A stretch of DNA of 64,000 nt from an uncultured Clostridia bacterium (GTDB lineage: Bacteria; Bacillota; Clostridia; Oscillospirales; Ruminococcaceae): the NCBI GenBank assembly GCA_947631575.1, contig CANRLW010000005.1, forward strand, positions 4,264 to 68,263. The letters are read 5' to 3'. The translations under genes were made by a program, and so were the position numbers. How positions within the stretch are numbered: the first letter of the stretch is position 1; each line of letters begins with the position of its first letter. The notes below the pieces were generated by a model that was not told the DNA's origin, made no database searches, and saw nothing but the letters and a program-made list of their open reading frames with translations. Shown one piece after another: positions 41,101 to 50,100 of the stretch.

Positions 41101-44100
41101 CGTCTTCATGCCCGTCATCTATGCCGTTATAGCTCTTAACAACAACGACAATTGTGTATGCCTTGGTAATCTTTGTAAGTCCCTTTTCTGCCTGCTCGGA
41201 AGTGAGCTCTTCGTCAACAGTGAAAGTATACTCGCCTATTTCTTTAAACACTATCTGATTAAACTGAGACTTGCTTTCTTCGCTTTTGGCATTCACAGTA
41301 GCAGTATAATCAGTTGGCATAATTATCTTATCGGTGCCTTCTGTGCCATTATAAGTGATAATGAATTTAAATTCGTCGTCTGCCCATTTTCTGCCAACGA
41401 GCACTTTCTGAACTTCAGGAGTCCACTTAACCGACTGATGAGAATGATCGTTTTTAAAGCTCAATTGAACGTTTGTTGCATTATCACCTGTCCATTTGCC
41501 TGTTTTACCGTAATCATAATCGACACTGGTTATAACCAGATTTCCTTCATTGTTGCTGCCAACATGAACAGTCAGTTTATACCGGGTTTGATCATAATGG
41601 ATTCCTCCAACTCCGCCATCGTATTCATAAACTGTAAAGATATAATCTCCTTGTTTATTGAAAGTTATCTTGCCGAAGGAATTAGATCTTACGCCTTCTG
41701 TATTCGCACTTGTTTTATTGTCTATTATTACAAAATTATCCGTCGGCATATCAACATTTGTTTTATCGCCTTCTTCAAGTTCCATGAAGAATTTAAACAC
41801 ATCAATGCCTTCGAGCCAATCGCCAACTCTGCCTGTAAGCGTTTTGTTTATCCAAACAGTCCAGTCAACAGGTTCGTCTGTATATACGTTTGTAAAGCTG
41901 AACTTGAGTTTTGTAATACTTTCCTCATCTTCAACTTTAGTCACGCTTGTAGTGCTGTCATTGATATCATCATAGGCAACGCTTGCAACATAAAGGCTAC
42001 CCTTTCCGTCATCAGCTATTGTGACGGTTACTTCGTATTTGGCGTTGGAATATGCTACACCGTTTAATTTGCCATTTTCGTCAAGTTTAGGTTTAACTTC
42101 GGAAATGGTGAATTTGTATGTGCCTGCATTTTTGAAAGTGATTTCTTTAAATTGTGCAGTAACATTATTTTTGCTGACCTTTGCTGTGGTATCAGCAGGC
42201 ATTTCAACGCCGTCTTTGGGTTCCCCGGCAATGGGAGTATGCTCAATGTTGAAGGTGAATTCATCGCTTTCTATCCAATCTCTGCCTTCAAGCGTCTTTT
42301 CAACATTCGGAGCCCAAGTTACCTTATCTGCCTCGTATGTGTTTGTGAACGTTGCAACAGTGCCTGTTGTTTCTTTGGTTTCATTGTCAGTTATCACTAC
42401 TGTCGTTTCAAGTTCGCCATCGTGGTTTTTATCTTCAACAGTAACTTTTATCTCGTATGTTTTATTGCTATAGGTTACCCCGGGAATACTGCCACCGTCT
42501 TCTGTCAAAGTGAACTTATATTCCTTGGAGTTTCCGTCTTCAAAGGTAATGCCGCTAAATCCAATCGTAAACGTTTTGCTGGCTGTTGTCTTGTCAGTTC
42601 CACTTATATTGTCGTAACCCAGTTCAATATCACCAAATGTAATTTTGCCTTCAGGATTGTCTTTGTCAGGCGTAAGAGTAAACGTGAATGTTTCGTCGCC
42701 GTTCCAATCTCTGCCGTCGATCGTTTTCTTAACGTCAAACTCTGCGTCGCCTGACGCGGTATATTTGTTCGTGAAAGGAAGAGTTATTTCATCATAGTCA
42801 GACTTTACCTCTGTTGTTTTGCTTGTGGTACTGTTTATATAGGTAATTTTTGTTATCACAAGCTGACCCTCATTGTTGTCATCTACAACGACGGTTACAG
42901 TGTATTTGGTGTTAGAATATTCTACGCCGTTTAATTTGCCACCTACAAGTCCTGCGGGCTTATCTTCGGTAATGGTGAATGTATATTCGCCGGGCTTGGT
43001 GAACTCGATCTCATCGAATTTCTTAGTATAATCTTCGCTCTCATCGCTATCGCTGATGGTGACCGTATTACCTTTAATTGTAGCACCATCGGGATTTTCC
43101 GCGCCAGCGGTAAGTGTGAATGTGAAACTATCACTATTCCACTCTCTGCCTGTCAGATCCTTTTTAACAGAAGGAGCCCATTCTACAGGAGCAGCCTTGT
43201 AGGTGTTTTTAAAGAGCATATGACCTTCACTGAGTTCTCCACCTGTAACTTCAACTTTGGAGGAAAGTTTGCCTTCTCCGGCGTCAGAAATTGTTACAGT
43301 AACGGTGTAAACAGTTGTATCATAGGTTATACCGCCCTTGCCGCCATTAACCTCGGAAACTTTATAGGTAAAGGTTTTTGTGTAATTGCCCAGTGTGTCT
43401 TGTTTCAGCTCAATACCATTGAAATTTAATTCAAAGTTGACGATACCTTTTTCTTCCGTGATAGTAACTTTGCTGTTCTTAATCGCAGCTTTTGCCTCTT
43501 CGTCATCTTCATCTGCTGCTTTGATTTCAAATTCAAACTGGTCGGTACCGAGCCACTCATTGTCCTCACGTCCCGTAAATGTCTTTTGAACAGGTATGCT
43601 GACATCGCCGGTTACTTTATATGTGTTGGTAAATTTAAGGCTTGTGCTTGTATCAGCGGGTTCTCCGTCAACGGTAACACTTGTAACTTCAAGAACACCT
43701 GCAGTTTCATTTGCCTTTACAACAACTTTAATTATATGTGCTGTTTCGTCATAAGTTACGCCTTTAATTGAGCCTTCAGTTTCTTTAACGGTAAAGGTGT
43801 AAGTGCCTTCAGAATAGAAGTAAACGCCAAATGTTGCTGTATGGGTGTCTTTGTTTACAGATTTTTTATCTTCCGTTTTACCTGTTCCTTCGCCAAACTC
43901 AACAGGGGTCGTTACCTCTGTGCCACTAGAAGATACTTCGGCTGTAAATTCAAATGTATCGGATTCAAGCCAATCCCTGCCCGTCAAATTCTTATCTACA
44001 TTGAAAGACCAGTTGACAGGTTTTGCCTTATTTGTGAATGTGAGTGGGGTTCCAGTTTCATAATCGGTTGGACCTTCAGTTACGGTAACGTATGTGACCT

Positions 44101-47100
44101 TCAGATTAAGTTTTCCGCCTGTGCCTCCGGTTACTTCAACTGTAACTGTATATACTGTCTTGTCGCTCTCCAGACCATTACCATCGCCGCTTGTCTCTGT
44201 AACTGTAAATGTATATGTTCCTATACGGTTAAAGATTATCTTGCCAAATTTAGCGGTATGATCAGTTGTTTTATTGTTAATTTCAACAGTAGTTTCTGTA
44301 GGCATAGTTACAGCGTCATCAATACCTTTATCAGTACGCTTTACCTCAAAAGTGAATGTATCTTTATCGATCCACTTTCTGCCTTCAATTACTTTTGCAA
44401 CTTCAAGTTCAAGCTCGCCGCTTGCACTATATTTGTTGGTGACAGTGACTGATTTTCCTTCTTTTGTAATTTCACCAGTCGCTGAAGGGGAATCTGCTGT
44501 ATATCCCGGTACATTTTCTTCTTCCTTTACAGTAAATGTCGTTCCTACGGGGATACCTTCAATAGTGGCAGTTTCGTCTTTTTTCAGCGTAATTGTATTG
44601 TGTGTGGCGTCGATTGTTCCAGCTTTAACATCGTTAATTTTGTAATCAAAAGATCCGGGAAGGTCTTCTTCACCACTCTTTAGTATCACTTTAAACGTAA
44701 ATTCGGTATTATTGTCATAGAAATTGCCATATTTACTGGTATCATAATCTACTTTTTTGGTTATGGAAAGCGAACCCTTGTCAATGTCGCCTTTGATAAG
44801 GAACACACCGAGGCGGTCGTTAATATATTCGCCAACTGTTGTATTAGCTTTCGTTTTATCATTCCAGCCGAGATAAATTTTGCTGCCATCTTCATTGCTA
44901 AATTCCGCTTTATATTTCGACCATTCGGTTAGATTATCTACCGCGGACATAAGAGCAATACCACCAGACGACTTGGGATCATAGCCGTCAAAGTCCTTAG
45001 AATAAGCATCATTTATTTCTACCGCTGTAGCAGAATCAAATCCTTTAAAGCATTTGCCCAACAAGGTTTGTAGTTCAGTTTTGCTCTCGCCGCCGATAGT
45101 TGTTTCTTCTTTAGCAAGGGTATACGAACCTATGGGCAGACCATACTTGTTCTTGAGTAATCTGTCCTCATATTCACTATCAGGAGTAAACGTTGCTTTT
45201 GTGGTAGGATTGTCGCCGCTGCAATTTATAACAACTTCAAATTTTCCTACCTGTTCGGTCATTACCTTGCCGGCATTGTCTAAATAGCTGCGCATAAGGT
45301 CGGCAGTGTATGTTATAGTTGTGTCGGGGAAGTGGTTTGCAAGATACGCTAATGTATCGTTGATAAGCTCCCATTCAAGGATTATCTCGCCTGCAACAAT
45401 ATCTACATCATACGGTCCTGCAATATGCTTTTCGGTTTGTTTTGTTCCTGCAACGGGCTTGTATTCCTTGTCACGCTTATAGTGGTCGTCTGTAACAAAC
45501 GTTTCAAGTTTTGTTTCTCTGTCAGACTCTTCGTCAGCAGTAAACTGAACCCAGATAATATAAGAGCGCTCTTTTGTATCTTTAGTCGTAACAGGACCGC
45601 CAAGCTCGTCTTCGGGCGTGTTCTGAATTATCATATAGGTGATAGAACCTGTCTGGTCTTTTTGATAATCTTTATCACCTACAGTGTTTGTATAATCATC
45701 GCCAGCTTGGTTCGGCAGATACATATACGGAACAGTCAGCTTATGAGCGGTGTTTATTGTTGTGGCGTCAATACCTTTTAGTTTCAGATAATCCTCAAGT
45801 CCTGCATAATCACTGACTTTAAAAGCATCTCCCGTAACAGTGCCTTTCAACAGTTCTGTTATTGCATTTTCAAATGCATTGGCATATGAAGTTGAATCAA
45901 CCGTTTTTCCTGCGCTTGCTAGTTGCCCCAAAGGATCCCTTGAATAATATCTTCCCAGATAATCCCAATAGCAGTTGTGCTGTACCATTTCAATAATGTC
46001 CTTCGCAACTGCCTGCGGGTTTATGGTTTCGCCCATATAGATCTCATTTTTACCGCCATCTGCCTTAGGCGTAAGCAGGCGCACGTTGACCGCGGTGCGC
46101 GGGAAACCCTTTGAAACATACGGGTCTGTAACATTCCCCTCACCGCCTTTTTCAACTTTTTTATTATCTACGCCCGAGCTTGTTTTTGTTTCATCTTCTT
46201 CAGGGCAGAATACCCAGTTTTCCTTTGCACCATTACCGTTGGAAAGGATAGCGTTTCCGCCTATAAAGTCCTCCTTGGCTTTTATGCGGAAAGTTCTTGA
46301 CCATATGGTAAGGCTGTTCTCTCTCGGAGTTGTACCGGGAATGGTCTGCTCTACCCACTCAAGATAATATCTGTCCTTGTCGGTATTATAGCAAAGTATT
46401 GCTTTTTCACCGTCGATGTTGTAGATAACGCCTTTTGCATTGGGATTTGAATAACCTTTGGGGTAGTCTGTGCTCAGTGTTTCTTCTTTAACTTTGCCGT
46501 CCTCACCTTTTATGGTCACTTTACCGTCCTTGCCGAGAACGATAGTGTCTCCCGTGCGGTCAACAAGGTCAAAGCGCGGGTCGATATAGTCCTGAACAGT
46601 GTAATCAATAAGGCTTGAGGAGATCTGGCTTAATATTTCGCCGGTAAATGCGGAAGTCAAGCTATTAACATCGTTTGCCTCAAAGATATATTTGTCTGCC
46701 AATGTTTCATAAGTTTCACCTTTTGTAGCACTATTTCCGGCGATTTCCGCCATATACTTCCGTACTCTTTCGCCTCTGGTCTCCTTTCCGGATTCAGCAC
46801 CGGTATCAAATGTCTTGTTTCTCAATACAACGCAGAAAATAGTATATTCTTTTTTTAACTCATTTGCAAGTGTAATGGCGTAATTCCGCTCATCCTCAGT
46901 TTCATCAAGCATATTATCCATACCGTCGGTAAAGAGGATAATATATTTCTTTGCCTCGTCGCCTTCGGCAATTTGTTTATTCAGAAACTCAGTATATGCC
47001 TTAAAACCTGTCCAGGTATATGTTCCGCCCGTCATGCCATAGTTATACTGTTCAAGTGCTACTGCATCTTTGGCAAGATCTTTACCCGTCGGGTCGGATG

Positions 47101-50100
47101 TTTCAGAGCCAGTGCTGGTCATTCCGCCGTCGCCGCGAGTTAAGCTCAATAACTCGGATATTTCCTTTGTGTCGGAAGTCCAGTCAAGCATAACGAGCTT
47201 TTTCAGCACATTTTTATCGTATCCATCTTCATCGGGTTTGCCTTTTGCGTAACCCTCTGCAACGTTCTGGTTGCTGAATCTTACAGCAGAAACCATACTG
47301 TTGGGAGTAGCGTTGTGGAGCTTTGCAGCAAACTGACCCAGAGCATACGAAAGGTCTTCGGTCTTTATGGTCGTATCATCGTCTTTCTGATAAACGTATG
47401 AAACGCCCGAACGAAGTTCGTCAGTATAATTGTCGTTACCCTTAGAATCTTTTGTATGTGTATTTCCGCCATTGTTATAGAAACAGCGCAAATAACCCGC
47501 ACTGTCTATAAAGAAAACGCAGGGTGAATTTCCGTCTACTTGTCTGCTGCCTTCGGAGGGTACTTCTATAGCGACTTTATATGTTGCCTCTTCTGATGAT
47601 TCGACTGTTACATTAGTAGCACTATCCTTGCCGTCCCACAAATAACCTTTGCCTGTAAAATCTTTTCCCGAAGTGGCGATAAAGCCGCCGTTGCCCTCTT
47701 CTACAAGAGCTTTCTTTTCATCGTCGCCAAAGTAATCCTGAACACTTTGAGGAAGTTTGCTGAGGTCTATTTTATTTGCTATAACCTCGTCCGGTACAAG
47801 ACCGCAGAACTCTTTTGCTGTGCCGATATTATCATAGAAGTTCTTGAGGTTGCTGCCGGAGTTTACAAAGTACCAGCCCGCTCTTTGCTCCGGTGTCAGA
47901 CTCTCCATTACATCAGGATATTTACCAATAACGCTCCCGTCTTCGGTAACTGCAATATGATTGTTTTCACTTGAGCTTATTTCTTCTACCTGCTTGTCAG
48001 TAAGAACGGAGTCGTATATGGCGAAATCTTTGATCAGAATATCTTTGCCGTCATATTCATCTTTTAAGCCGCCCAGAATGATATTAAAATCATCTTCGTC
48101 TAATAAACCAAACGTATTTTTGTTGGAAGAACCGCCGGCAGTTTCAACTGCTAAGCCATCTACATAAGCTTTTGCAACACCATTCTGAACGGTGAATGTT
48201 ACTTTTTTCCAATCTCCGCCTTGATTAAATACATTAGAACCACTAGCTTTGTTACCGTATTGACTGTTTTCAGAAAATCTTATATGTTTTGGGTCGCCAC
48301 TTGAAGAAGTACTCTTATTTTGAGAACGATATATATTATAATACTCGCTTTCTGTACTTAATGGACCCATGTAAACCAATTCTGCCTCGTGGTTTGGTGT
48401 ATCGCCGGATTCATTTTTTATAAAAAATGAAATGGTGAAATTATTTTTATCTGTCGGAACGACATTAAGCAGAATGCCGCCTTTTTTTGCGGTTTGCGTT
48501 AAATTCAGCGCGCCGTCTTTATCAAAAACCGGATCAATCGGAGTATCGTCTGTGAGCTCTTTTTTGCTGAACTCGCCGTCTTTTGCCTGTTCGATAAATG
48601 TGAGAGATTTGCTAGATTCAACAAGGTTAGCTAATTGCTCATGAGCACCATTACTTGTATCGCCAAAATCGTAATATGCAACTAAGTTGCCAATGTCACT
48701 CATTGTAGTGTATTTTTTAATATTGGTATTGGTATTTACTGTTGTGAGATCACCACTGCCTAATACTTTATCAAATACACAAAATTCTGTTAATTGCATT
48801 GGTGAATATTCACCACTTCGTCCGTCAATATCACCACCGATTATAATTTTCGCATTTTCTGTAGAAAAATCAGAAAGTGTATATGAATTCGTTCCTATCG
48901 ATGTAGTTTGTTTATTATCATATTCCGCTATTGTTATGTCTTTTCCATCGTATGATAAACATACATTTACCCATTCATTATCATGAAACGGTTTTTTTGT
49001 TGTACTACTACCATAGTTAATGATCATGTTATTATTTTTATAAACTTTTATATTTCTTGCATCGCTACTACTTCTTACCACTTTTATGTAATTTTGTCCG
49101 TTAGGATCACCGATATAAACAAGCGGAATCTCTTCGTATTTGTTTTTATCTTGGGCATAAACAGTAGACTGAATACGCATTGCAATAGTAAACTTTTCTG
49201 GTGTATCAATATCCAGCATAAGTCCACCTTTTTCAGCAGTTGCTTTTAAATCAAGCGTATTGTTATCGCCCGTAACATAAGTCGGCGCAACCGAAACTGT
49301 TGGTATTGAATCTTTATTAAATGTCCCGCCTTTTGCCACATTGTTAATTAATTTAGCCACACCGCTTTTTATTTTTTCGTTCAACGTGCCATCAAACGGG
49401 TAAAGGGCTATAGGCTTGATCTTGGATTTTTCTTCGCCCCCCCAATACGCCAGAGGAACAAACTCCTGTGTAAAGTCACGGGTATCGAAAATATAATATG
49501 TATAGCCACTGTAGCTGAGCTTTGAATTGTCCGTAAGATTTATATCGAGCAGTTGATTTACCTGCGCGGGGGTGAGGTATTGATTCGGCTTTACATCTAA
49601 ATTAGTGTTGCTCCCAATTTTATAACCTTTGCCTTCATCATAGTCAAAATGCATAGGCGTCAGACCATCGGAAATGAACGCCATACTTCCCGACGCGTCA
49701 AGTATAAGTCCTACTTTTGCTTTTGCCTGATAGTTATACCAAGCCTCAAGGTTTATATCGAACACACGGGTGCCGTTATCTTTTATGTCATCTTCGGTTG
49801 TGCCTGCATCGTTTTCATCGCCATCATAAACAGCCGTAGCCGTTTTGTCGGTATGCAGACCTTCGGAGGTATTGTAGAGCTTGATAAGATCAGTATCGCT
49901 CAAAGAATCGGGATCTATAACACCGTCGTCACCGAGAGCTTTTATTATATTTTCTTTAAGGGTGGGATCCAGGTCTCCCCACGTCTGTGTTTTTGTATCT
50001 TGGTATTCATCATCTATTTCTACGCCTGTTCCTGCTCCTACCTGCATTTCAGTACCGGGAACGAGTTTCGGCTTTGCGCTATAGAAGACATGCACCTTTA

